Shown in pieces: positions 10,106 to 18,735 of a DNA stretch of 64,000 nucleotides. Source of the DNA: an uncultured Chitinophaga sp. (GTDB taxonomy: Bacteria > Bacteroidota > Bacteroidia > NS11-12g > UBA955); contig CAZDGF010000005.1 in assembly GCA_964505065.1 (NCBI GenBank), forward strand, positions 6,850-70,849. Reading direction: 5' to 3'. Each line of letters begins with the position of its first letter. The first letter of the stretch is position 1. The notes under the pieces are model-generated. The model had not been told where the DNA came from. It worked only from the letters and a program-made list of their open reading frames with translations, and made no database searches. A program made the translations under genes and the position numbers.

Positions 10106-11446
10106 TTAATAGTGACATTTTGAGCATTCCAAAGCACCATTTTCTGCTGCAGTAATATTAATTTTACCATCTTTGGTATAATATTTACTGTAAGTAGAAT
10201 TTTTATTTCCTTTTTCTGCTTTTATTTTAGCATGTAATTTTTCGTAGTATGGGTTGTTTTCTACATCTATATTGCGTTCTCTGTGGCAATTGATACACCA
10301 GCCCATTTGCAATGTAGCATATTGTTGCACTACTTCCATTTCTTGTATTGGACCGTGGCAGGTTTGGCAAGTAACACCCGCTGTTTTTACGTGGTGGCTA
10401 TGGTTAAATACGGCATGGTCGGGCAAGTTGTGTATTCTTATCCAACGCACAGGTTTAGCATTTGGTCCGTATTGTTGTCCTGCTGGTTTCTCTGGGTCGT
10501 AGTCCATGGCAGTATATATTTTTTTAATTTCTGGCGAAATTTCTCCATCGTATTTATCTCTTGCTTGAACACCTTTGTGGCAATTCATACAAGTATTTAG
10601 CGCAGGAATACTGGCTTGTTTGCTTTTTTCTACTGTGCTATGGCAATATTTACAATCTATATTATACTCGCCCGCATGTATTTTGTGCGAAAATTTAATG
10701 GGTTGCTCTGGCGCATAGCCTTGCTGAACAGCTACTTCGGTAACACCAAAATAAAAACCATAACTTGCTAATGCTAAAAGTACAATAACACCTATTGATA
10801 TTTTAACAATTGTAGGATTACTTTTTTTCTTTAATTCTGCTTTTTTGATTTCCCAAGCACTTGGCGTAGCGTGTGCTTGTTCTTCTTCTCCCTCAATATC
10901 TCTAACAGATGCTTTTAAATTATTTTTAGTTCTTCTTAATATATACAATACAATAGCCAAAGCTATAATTAAGAAAAGTAACATATACAAAGTAGTACTG
11001 CTGTAAAAACCACTACCTCCACCGCCATTTACTTCTTGAGGTGGTTTAGGTGTTGGTGTCCACTCCTTTAAATAAGTAATAATTAATTTTACATTTTCCT
11101 CGCCAAGGCTTTCAAAATTTGTCATAGCAGCACCAGCAAATTCATTATAGATAGCAATTGCATCTTTATCGCCACTGGCTCTTAATTTTTCATTGTTGGT
11201 AATCCATTTTTGTAACCAAGCCTCTGTGCGCTTGCCAACCACGCCTTGCAGTGCAGGACCAGTTTGCTTAACATTCATGGCATGGCACGAGGTGCAATTT
11301 GCTTTAAATAATTCTTCTCCTTTTACACCTTCGGCACTCAAAGGCTTGCCTGCGGGCTGTGCATAGGTTGAAAGTTGAATGAAACAAATGAAAGCAAGCA
11401 GAAAGTATTTGGCTTGCAGTGTTTTATTGAATAGGTTTTTAACCAT
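10106..11446 (-). CDS. actA: Alternative complex III subunit ActA (multiheme cytochrome c with N-terminal extra monoheme domain)
   Basis: Six CxxCH motifs (CTSCH, CKYCH, CMNCH, CQTCH, CINCH, CSKCH) and one TM segment. The ORF track extends to a TTG at 11488. ATG options are 11476 and 11446, and 11446 gives the more typical signal peptide MVKNLFNKTLQAKYFLLAFICFIQLSTYAQ. Confidence 0.8.
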   Translation of the reverse strand: MVKNLFNKTLQAKYFLLAFICFIQLSTYAQPAGKPLSAEGVKGEELFKANCTSCHAMNVKQTGPALQGVVGKRTEAWLQKWITNNEKLRASGDKDAIAIYNEFAGAAMTNFESLGEENVKLIITYLKEWTPTPKPPQEVNGGGGSGFYSSTTLYMLLFLIIALAIVLYILRRTKNNLKASVRDIEGEEEQAHATPSAWEIKKAELKKKSNPTIVKISIGVIVLLALASYGFYFGVTEVAVQQGYAPEQPIKFSHKIHAGEYNIDCKYCHSTVEKSKQASIPALNTCMNCHKGVQARDKYDGEISPEIKKIYTAMDYDPEKPAGQQYGPNAKPVRWIRIHNLPDHAVFNHSHHVKTAGVTCQTCHGPIQEMEVVQQYATLQMGWCINCHRERNIDVENNPYYEKLHAKIKAEKGNKNSTYSKYYTKDGKINITAAENGALECSKCHY

Positions 11447-11713
11447 AAGATTTTTGACTGAAAAATGACAATTCATTACCAGCCGCAAATATATTGAGGA
11501 TTAATTCAATGTTAAAACTATTTATACACAATATTTTTAATTTAGAATAATTCTAATTATATAATTTAAGTATTTGAAAATGAATTATTTAAAACATATT
11601 CATTGTATTACTTAAAAATTGGAATTTAAACATAAATTTAATAAAAACAAATTTAGGTTTAGGAAATTATATATGATATTTACGCAATGATAGTTGAGTT
11701 CAACAAACTTTCG

Positions 11714-11808
11714 GTCATTCTGTAAATTTTGGCTTTGCAAAATTATACAGAATCTTAAATTTGCAGAGATTCTGAATCTTTTTTCAGAGCAAAAAAGTTC
11801 AGAATGAC
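11714..11808. repeat. Nested inverted repeats (REP-like) between the SBBP-repeat gene and actA
   Basis: Four inverted pairs: gtcattctg (11714-11722) / cagaatgac (11800-11808); cagaatct (11748-11755) / agattctg (11767-11774); attctgaa (11769-11776) / ttcagaat (11798-11805); tctgaa / ttcaga (11771-11788). Confidence 0.6.
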
Positions 11809-11846
11809 ACATTGGTTAAAATTATACTTTAACTCAAAATTTTTCA

Positions 11847-14800
11847 CTACTGCATCACGGTAACCGTGCCTTTTTGGGTATAAAATTTATTGTCCCAACC
11901 TCTATAGGTTACAATCCAAATATAGACATCATTACCTGCTATTTTGCCATTGGTTTTGCCGTCCCATTGTGTACCTTTAAAATCGTTTTGCCATACTTTT
12001 TGCCCCCAACGGTTAAATACTTTCATGTCAAATTCTCTTACAAAAGCGTGTGATACACCCCAAACATCGTTCGTAGCATCATCATTAGGGCTAAAGGCAT
12101 TTGGCACATATACTTGGGGCGGTTGTATAAGGCGTATTTCGTTGCTTTGGCTTATGGCATTATAGCCTTCGCCTTTTTCATTCTTGCCTTCATAGGCATT
12201 TACAACATAAAAATAGGCTCCCCACCAAAGGTCTAAAGCCTCATCGTGGTATGTGCGTAATAAATTGGTATTGGTTAAATATCGAAGTGAGCCTGTATCT
12301 ACTCTTCTGGAAAGTTCGTAATTTTTAACGCCACCATGCCAAATACGGTATGGCATCCAATCTAAATCAAAAAACAAAGGACCGGCTTCGCCTTTTAGTA
12401 CAATATTGCACGCCTCATTGCTTGGCTTGCTAATATGTCCACACTTGTCGTTTACACCTATTTTATAACAATAGCTGCGTTCGCCTACTTTTACATTGTT
12501 ATCTTCATAAGTAGTATCGGTTTTTACCTCTATCGTTTTTATTTTTTTATACCCTTTAGAAACGCCATTGATATTATCGGCTTTATAAATATCATAACTG
12601 CCAAAATCGTCTTCTTTGCTGGTAAACCAACTAATTTTTACCTTGCTATTGTCTATAACTGTAGCATAATTCAAATATGTAGAATCTATAGGGGTATTGT
12701 ATTGTGCCAATGTGCTTATACGTATGCCAGCACTATACGCTTGGTTGCATATATTATAGCCTACCATATAGTAAATGTAATTATTGGCTTTGGGGTCTAA
12801 GGTTACTCTATCGGTATATTCGCCCCCTAAATTATTTTTAATGGTATCAAGTGCAATTATTCTTGCATTAGGGTTGATACGATACAACACAATATGCTTA
12901 AAGTATTTGTTTTTCGGAAAAGATTCCCACGAAAGTTTTAAGCTACCATCTTCTTTAAAATTTAAGCAAATGGTTTCGGGGGTAAGCGTTAAAGGTGGGT
13001 CTTTTACTACTATTTTTATAATGGCTTGGTTGCTATCTTGTGTTGGGCAGCCTTTGTCATATACTTTTACTTTCAGTTTTATGGTATCATTAGAAATATG
13101 CTGACAGCCAGACCGCCAGGTTATTTTAGCCGAAATTTTATTTTCTGTATTAGATTTTGTAAAGCTGCTTATTTTGGGCAATGGTTTAGGAAAATTTATA
13201 TTGGTAAACATTTCGCCTTCCAATTTTATAGAGAGCGTATCGTCAAAATCGGGGTCGGAAACTGTAAGGTCGAAATTTAAAGTATCGGTAGCAAAAACGG
13301 TATAAAAAGAATCTTTGGCTTTGGGCTTTCTATTCAAGTTTTCAAAATCTATTTTAAATAAAGCATTGTTGCAATTGCCAGAATTATTGGTTCGGCTATA
13401 AGCACCTATTGTAGTAGGGTAGAGGCTTTGCGCACCACAGCCACCGCATAAAGATTGGTAAATAATTCCTTTTTTATCAAAGCGGCTGGTGCCGCCATCT
13501 ACGTGTTCATGCGCCTCTACCCTGCCCGAACTTCTACCACCAAAATAACTTGAAAACAATAATTCTCGCATATTTTTTGCAAATACTGCAACATAAAAGT
13601 CGTTATTATCTGTAGTGCTTTGTAGTGCATCTTTTGTAAGAGGCATTCCATTGGTTCCGCCACCCAAAAAACCACCTATTTCAGCAGCTCCCCAACCAGA
13701 GATAAAAATACGCTCACATTGGTCTATCAAAAAAGCTGTTGGCGATATATCTGGACGTAATTTATTGGTAGCCCCAAATACAGTTTCCAACTCTATAGCG
13801 GTGCATTCTTTGTTTATTTTTTTTATAAATTGCTTAGCATTTGTATTGCTATACACATTGGCAGAAACACCCATTAAGCCTTTAGTTTGCCCGTATATAA
13901 ATGGTTTGCCATATTTGTCTGTTTTTACAAAATACGATTGGTCGTAATCTGATGTACCAATCATGGTATAAGCCAATATATTGCCTGAGGGCAAATCTAT
14001 TCTTGCTAAAAAGCCATCAGCTTGCCCTCCGTTGTTTGTTTTTTTAAGTCCATTTACAGCGTAATCAAACGAGGAGCTTGTACTACCGCCTGTAATATAA
14101 ATATCATTGTTTAATCCAAAATCCAGTCCATAAGCTGCATCTTCGGCTGTGCCGCCTATATAGGTGCTATAAAGTAGGTTTTGGCAAGCGGCATCTAATA
14201 TAAAAAAGCAGCCTTCTTGTTTGCCATTATAGCTGTTATCAAGCGCATTGGTAGATAGTGGAAAATCAGTTGAATTGGTGCTACTTGCCACATAAATGTT
14301 GTTGTTTTTATCTACTATTACCTCTCCTCTAAAATCATCGGCATAATTATATAAAAGGGGTGTTATTTGCCCTGTTGGTCTATCGCCATTTAGTCCATCA
14401 AAACTATTGCCACCTATGTATGTGCTGCTTTTTAATTGCCTACCATCGGCAGAAAGTATGGCTACAAAAATATCCGATTCTCCATTTTGCGTTATATCAA
14501 AACCATTGTTAGCCATAGGAAAATCTATACTTTTGGTGCTACCCATTATTACCAAATTGCCTTCATGGTTTACCACCATGCTGTGCGGCTGGTCGTTGCT
14601 TGTGCTGCCACCTAAATAAGTGGCATACAATAGTTTTTTGCCATCTTTGCTGTATTTAAGAATACCACAATCTCTTGCAGTGTAGCCTATACCTCGTGGA
14701 AAAGGACCTTCATCTGTTCCTCCTGCAAAAAACCTTTGAAATGCACCAGTAGTAGAGGGGAAGCCGTTGTCAAAGTCATTAAAAACAGTGCCTCCACTAT

Positions 14801-15590
14801 AAGCATTGCCCGAGTCATCGTAGGTAGCTGTATAGCCAAAATTATCTGTATATGAGCCGCTAAAAGTGCTAAACACCAATAGGGGGTCTATTATTAATTT
14901 ATTGCGCTTGTTTCGTTTACTATTTAAACTAAAGCTTACAATATTATCATTAAGTGTGTAAGATGTTGCAATTTCAGTATTTTTTGCTTTGGTTTCTTCA
15001 TATACATAGGGTTTTAGCTCGGTAATAGTGCCTAAACTTGTGGTAAATACCATATTGTCATTTTGTATATAAATGCTATCTGCACCTGTGTATTTTAATT
15101 GAATATCGCTTGGGTTTCCACCTTTGTTTACAATAAAATTGTATTTTAATTGCCCTTGGTATTCCAGCATTTCAAAATCTATATGGTTATAAATATTCTT
15201 AACCATTATTTTTTTATAGCTTGGCACATTGCTTGCCCAATATTGGGACTTATTGCCAATAAAATAATTGCTATAACTCTCATAAGCCTCTATGCCTTGG
15301 TATAGGGCATTGGTATTGGCATTTAAAAATTCTATTTGTACAATATGGGCTTTAAAAGAATCTAATTTTGGATTATTGTGTTGTATTTGGCTTAGTTTGT
15401 CGGCATCGTAAAAATAATACGCCAATTTACCATTGCCTATAAATATTTTAGCACTTTTTAGTTCGGCTTTAAATTGAATATTTGGCTGCCATTGCCCTTT
15501 GTTTTGGGTAAAGCGCACTTGCGCCTTGCTATTATAAATAGCCAAACTAAAAACAACACTACAAGATAAAAATTTAAACCATTTTATCAT
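11847..15590 (-). CDS. SBBP/beta-propeller-repeat surface protein with T9SS type-B (gliding-motility-associated, CHU_C-like) C-terminal sorting domain
   Basis: 1247 aa with signal peptide MIKWFKFLSCSVVFSLAIYNSKAQ. It has repeated STYIGG/SSYFGG beta-propeller-like units. The C-terminus VPNAFSPNDDATNDVWGV...FNRWGQKVWQ...WDGKTNGK...DVYIWIV...KGTVTVMQ matches the type-B sorting domain. Confidence 0.85.
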   Translation of the reverse strand: MIKWFKFLSCSVVFSLAIYNSKAQVRFTQNKGQWQPNIQFKAELKSAKIFIGNGKLAYYFYDADKLSQIQHNNPKLDSFKAHIVQIEFLNANTNALYQGIEAYESYSNYFIGNKSQYWASNVPSYKKIMVKNIYNHIDFEMLEYQGQLKYNFIVNKGGNPSDIQLKYTGADSIYIQNDNMVFTTSLGTITELKPYVYEETKAKNTEIATSYTLNDNIVSFSLNSKRNKRNKLIIDPLLVFSTFSGSYTDNFGYTATYDDSGNAYSGGTVFNDFDNGFPSTTGAFQRFFAGGTDEGPFPRGIGYTARDCGILKYSKDGKKLLYATYLGGSTSNDQPHSMVVNHEGNLVIMGSTKSIDFPMANNGFDITQNGESDIFVAILSADGRQLKSSTYIGGNSFDGLNGDRPTGQITPLLYNYADDFRGEVIVDKNNNIYVASSTNSTDFPLSTNALDNSYNGKQEGCFFILDAACQNLLYSTYIGGTAEDAAYGLDFGLNNDIYITGGSTSSSFDYAVNGLKKTNNGGQADGFLARIDLPSGNILAYTMIGTSDYDQSYFVKTDKYGKPFIYGQTKGLMGVSANVYSNTNAKQFIKKINKECTAIELETVFGATNKLRPDISPTAFLIDQCERIFISGWGAAEIGGFLGGGTNGMPLTKDALQSTTDNNDFYVAVFAKNMRELLFSSYFGGRSSGRVEAHEHVDGGTSRFDKKGIIYQSLCGGCGAQSLYPTTIGAYSRTNNSGNCNNALFKIDFENLNRKPKAKDSFYTVFATDTLNFDLTVSDPDFDDTLSIKLEGEMFTNINFPKPLPKISSFTKSNTENKISAKITWRSGCQHISNDTIKLKVKVYDKGCPTQDSNQAIIKIVVKDPPLTLTPETICLNFKEDGSLKLSWESFPKNKYFKHIVLYRINPNARIIALDTIKNNLGGEYTDRVTLDPKANNYIYYMVGYNICNQAYSAGIRISTLAQYNTPIDSTYLNYATVIDNSKVKISWFTSKEDDFGSYDIYKADNINGVSKGYKKIKTIEVKTDTTYEDNNVKVGERSYCYKIGVNDKCGHISKPSNEACNIVLKGEAGPLFFDLDWMPYRIWHGGVKNYELSRRVDTGSLRYLTNTNLLRTYHDEALDLWWGAYFYVVNAYEGKNEKGEGYNAISQSNEIRLIQPPQVYVPNAFSPNDDATNDVWGVSHAFVREFDMKVFNRWGQKVWQNDFKGTQWDGKTNGKIAGNDVYIWIVTYRGWDNKFYTQKGTVTVMQ

Positions 15591-15709
15591 TCAATTGAAC
15601 CCTTTATACCAACATACGAATATAAGTATTTTTATGGTTAGACGAAAATACAGTGTAAAATGTTGCATGAAGGTTAATAAAAGAGGATTTTAAAAATCTG
15701 GATTTTTTT

Positions 15710-16477
15710 TCAAAATGCAAACCCAATATAAAATTCCCATTGGTTTTTAATATCTATAAAATAGCCTTTATATTGATAAAGCGAAGGAGAAAATGTGCTT
15801 CCAACCCTATAATTAATATTTGTGTTAATATTATTTGCAAATAAAATTCTCGTGCCGTATGTCAAACATTTATTTTTAATTTTGCTTTTAAATTTCAATT
15901 GTAAAAAAGTATTGATGTAATAAAATTTATTTGTTTCATGGTTTATATTTATAGAATCGCTAAAGCCTCCGCTTGAGTAAAGAAATGTAAAGGTTTCAGA
16001 TTGAGCAGTACTTAAAACCATTCCAGTGCCTAATAATCCGATTGATAAAAAACTTTCTGTATTTTTTGTTTTTAATATTTTTCTTTCAATACTTATACCA
16101 GATTGTAAGCCAATATTTATACTTCTACTCCGCATATTTGCTGTTGTAGGTTGCAATAAATTACTGCTTTGTTGGTAGCCCACAGTATATACTCTTGTGT
16201 TAATACCAACAATACCATTTAAATAATATTTTTTTATTTTTTTTAATGGTGCTTCATAATTTATTGTAGCGCTAAAAATATTATTATCTCTAAAAGGGCC
16301 ATCTTTTTGGTAAAAAATATCATAGCTATCAAATGAACGTTGACCAATATTGACAATTAAACAACGATTTAAACTATCTAAAGATTTTGAAAAAGCCAAA
16401 CTAAAGTTTAATAACATAAAGAGCGGTAAAATATTTTTTAATAACATACAAGAAACAAAAATAAAGTATTTTAGCAA
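15710..16477 (-). CDS. Hypothetical outer-membrane beta-barrel-like protein
   Basis: 255 aa with an N-terminal hydrophobic signal, alternating beta-strand-like pattern and a C-terminal aromatic residue (YIGFAF). No family recognised. Confidence 0.45.
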   Translation of the reverse strand: MLKYFIFVSCMLLKNILPLFMLLNFSLAFSKSLDSLNRCLIVNIGQRSFDSYDIFYQKDGPFRDNNIFSATINYEAPLKKIKKYYLNGIVGINTRVYTVGYQQSSNLLQPTTANMRSRSINIGLQSGISIERKILKTKNTESFLSIGLLGTGMVLSTAQSETFTFLYSSGGFSDSININHETNKFYYINTFLQLKFKSKIKNKCLTYGTRILFANNINTNINYRVGSTFSPSLYQYKGYFIDIKNQWEFYIGFAF

Positions 16478-16497
16478 AAGTTTAATGTATTTCTAAT

Positions 16498-16505
16498 TAT
16501 TTTTG
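16498..16505 (+). promoter_or_regulatory. Candidate Bacteroidota -7 promoter box (TAnnTTTG) for fmt
   Basis: tatttttg matches TAnnTTTG. It overlaps the TTG at 16503 used by the ORF track, so the true fmt start may be the in-frame TTG at 16524. Confidence 0.3.
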
Positions 16506-17438
16506 CCCTTCATTTTATTCCTTTTGAACAAACAAGATTTACGCATTATTTTTTTTGGCACACCCCATTTTGCAGTAGCTTCGCTAAAGGCAATGGTAGA
16601 GGCTGGGTATAACATTATAGCAGTGGTTACCGCACCCGATAAACCTGCTGGTAGAGGGTATAATGTGCAACAATCGGCTGTAAAAACGTATGCCAATAGT
16701 GTAAACTTGCCCATATTGCAGCCTATAAATATGAAAGATGAGGCTTTTTTAACCGAACTTAAAAGTTACAATGCCCATATACAAATAGTGATAGCTTTTA
16801 GAATGATGCCTGAAAAAGTATGGAATATGCCGCCAATGGGCACTTTTAATTTGCATGCCAGCTATTTGCCCAATTATAGAGGGGCGGCACCTATTAACTG
16901 GGCAATTATAAATGGCGAAAAAGAAACAGGTGTTACCACTTTTTTTTTAAAACACGAAATAGATACAGGCAGTATTATTTTACAAGAAAAAACAAGCATT
17001 TTACCTACAGATAATGCAGGCACACTGCACAATAAATTAATGGCGCAAGGGGCGGAATTGGTTCTTAAATCGTTGGCATTAATACAAACAGAAAACTACG
17101 AATTACAGCCGCAGCAAGCGGGTAATTTTCCGCATGCCAGCAAACTATTTACCCAGCAGAGTAAAATAGATTTTAACCAAACAGCTGAAATGGTACACAA
17201 TTTAATTAGAGGTTTAAGTCCTTATCCTACTGCATTTACAAGCTATAAAGGCAAATTATTAAAGGTATTTGAAAGCCAACTAACAGAAGAAAAAGCTGAT
17301 GAGATAGGTAAATTTGAAATTATAAACAAAAATGAACTTTGGGTAAGCTGTGCAGATTTTAAACTAAAGCTTATAGAGCTGCAACCAGAGGGCAAAAAAC
17401 GTATGTTGGCAGCCGATTTTACAAATGGTTTGCGTTAG
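16503..17438 (+). CDS. fmt: Methionyl-tRNA formyltransferase
   Basis: LRIIFFGTPHFAVASLKAMVEAGYNIIAVVTAPDKPAGRG, NLHASYLPNYRGAAPINWAIINGEKETGVT. The start is uncertain (16503 TTG or 16524 TTG). Confidence 0.9.
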   Translation: MPFILFLLNKQDLRIIFFGTPHFAVASLKAMVEAGYNIIAVVTAPDKPAGRGYNVQQSAVKTYANSVNLPILQPINMKDEAFLTELKSYNAHIQIVIAFRMMPEKVWNMPPMGTFNLHASYLPNYRGAAPINWAIINGEKETGVTTFFLKHEIDTGSIILQEKTSILPTDNAGTLHNKLMAQGAELVLKSLALIQTENYELQPQQAGNFPHASKLFTQQSKIDFNQTAEMVHNLIRGLSPYPTAFTSYKGKLLKVFESQLTEEKADEIGKFEIINKNELWVSCADFKLKLIELQPEGKKRMLAADFTNGLR

Positions 17439-17440
17439 GT

Positions 17441-17932
17441 TTATTCTTTTACCAATTTGCTAACAGTAGCCACAGTTTCGGCAGAAAACCAATTGATGCC
17501 CTCTACTCTCACATCTATAGTATTACCTTTTTTGTTCATTAAATATGTTGTAGGAAAGCGAGCAATACCTATACTTTTAAGCATTTTAGAAGAATTGTAG
17601 AAATTTAATTGCGAATTAAACTTGGCTTTAAATCCTGCAATTTTTTCAATACCCTCATCGCTTACCATTAGTATTTCTATGCTATCTCCAAACTTTTGTT
17701 TGAGTTTCAAAAGCTCTGGTTGCTCTTTTACACAATCGCTACACCATGTTTGAAAATAACTTACAATAAATACTTTGTTTTTTAAAGTATTGGCATCAAA
17801 CTTTTGATTTTGTAAATCTGTAAGTTCTGTTTTTAATAATGGTGATTTTGGTTTTCTCATTTTTGCAGCAATAAAATAAGTAGCAATAAGAGCTAATAAT
17901 ATTGAAATTGCAATATTTGTTTTAATTTTCAT
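17441..17932 (-). CDS. TlpA/ResA-like thiol:disulfide oxidoreductase (thioredoxin fold, membrane anchored)
   Basis: WCSDC active-site motif in FQTWCSDCVKEQPEL. The likely start is ATG at 17932 (MKIKTNIAISILLALIATYFIAA); the ORF track extends to 18067 and would overlap rpmE. Confidence 0.75.
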   Translation of the reverse strand: MKIKTNIAISILLALIATYFIAAKMRKPKSPLLKTELTDLQNQKFDANTLKNKVFIVSYFQTWCSDCVKEQPELLKLKQKFGDSIEILMVSDEGIEKIAGFKAKFNSQLNFYNSSKMLKSIGIARFPTTYLMNKKGNTIDVRVEGINWFSAETVATVSKLVKE

Positions 17933-18006
17933 TGCACAAAAATAGCCATAGAAATAGAATTTAGAATTAATTTTTAGAAAAATTTGTATAAATAAATTAC
18001 TTAACT

Positions 18007-18014
18007 TACTTTTG
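18007..18014 (+). promoter_or_regulatory. Candidate -7 box (TAnnTTTG) with upstream TTTG for rpmE
   Basis: tacttttg lies 28 nt upstream of the ATG at 18042. A TTTG at 17983-17986 lies ~20 bp upstream. Confidence 0.35.
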
Positions 18015-18041
18015 CACTCCTTAAAAAGAAAAAAAAGTATC

Positions 18042-18290
18042 ATGAAAGAAGGCATACACCCAAGCAATTACCGTTTTGTAGTATTTAAAGATTTAACCAG
18101 CGATTATTCTTTTATTACACGTAGTTGTGTAGAAACCAAAGAAACCGTAAAATGGGAAGACGGCAATGAATATCCTATTTACAAATTAGAGATTTCAGAT
18201 AAAAGCCATCCTTTCTTTACAGGTAAACAAACTCTTGTGGACACCGCAGGTAGAATTGATAAATTCAAAAAACGTTACGATAAAAAGTAA
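18042..18290 (+). CDS. rpmE: 50S ribosomal protein L31, type B (no CxxC zinc motif)
   Basis: [17 protein letters not shown]...[24 protein letters not shown]. The ATG at 18042 is preferred over the TTG at 18012. Confidence 0.9.
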   Translation: MKEGIHPSNYRFVVFKDLTSDYSFITRSCVETKETVKWEDGNEYPIYKLEISDKSHPFFTGKQTLVDTAGRIDKFKKRYDKK

Positions 18291-18310
18291 TTTTCAAATT
18301 ATATTGACAA

Positions 18311-18346
18311 AAAAAGTCCTAATTTTTTAAGTTAGGACTTTTTTTA
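18311..18346. terminator. Bidirectional rho-independent terminator between rpmE and the iscX-like gene
   Basis: aaaaagtcctaa / ttaggacttttt hairpin flanked by an A-run and a T-run, sitting between convergent genes. Confidence 0.75.
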
Positions 18347-18347
18347 T

Positions 18348-18584
18348 TTACTGATTATCGCGCCATTCATAAACCCATTGGCTTTGTATCATTTCCAAAT
18401 GCCCCTCGTTGCTTTCTTCTTTCAAGCCTTTAAAATTGGGTATTTCTAATACCCATTGTAGCAATTCTGTAAAACGTATGCGGTATATTTTAGATTCGCC
18501 AAATTCGTTGCCAAATCTTTCATACAATGCCATGGCTATATCTTCGTAATCTTTCCAATAAATGGGTAATTCAAAATGACTCAT
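18348..18584 (-). CDS. iscX: IscX (YfhJ)-like Fe-S assembly accessory protein
   Basis: 78 aa. The pattern YWKDYEDIAMALYERF...RIRFTELLQWVLEIPNF...SNEGHLEMIQSQWVYEW parallels E. coli IscX (KWTDSREIGEALYDAY...VRFTDMHQWICDLEDF...SNEKILEAILLVWLDE), recalled from memory. Confidence 0.65.
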   Translation of the reverse strand: MSHFELPIYWKDYEDIAMALYERFGNEFGESKIYRIRFTELLQWVLEIPNFKGLKEESNEGHLEMIQSQWVYEWRDNQ

Positions 18585-18735
18585 AATTTATATTTTTAAA
18601 AGGACAAAGGTATGAAATGAATAATTAATAATGTACAAATAAAAAATGAATAGTTAACAATGAAAAATGAAAATACTTAGCCTATCAAACATTTACAATT
18701 GTATATTTGCATTTTTAAAAAAACAAACTTACAAT

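Noticed and set aside
11612-11812. 66-aa minus-strand ORF
   Set aside because: It is a translation of the nested palindromic repeats between two operons.
18348-18584. Orphan IscX-like gene as an unusual feature, since no isc operon is nearby
   Set aside because: Stand-alone iscX-like genes appear common in this phylum as far as I recall, and nothing in the sequence suggests a special context.
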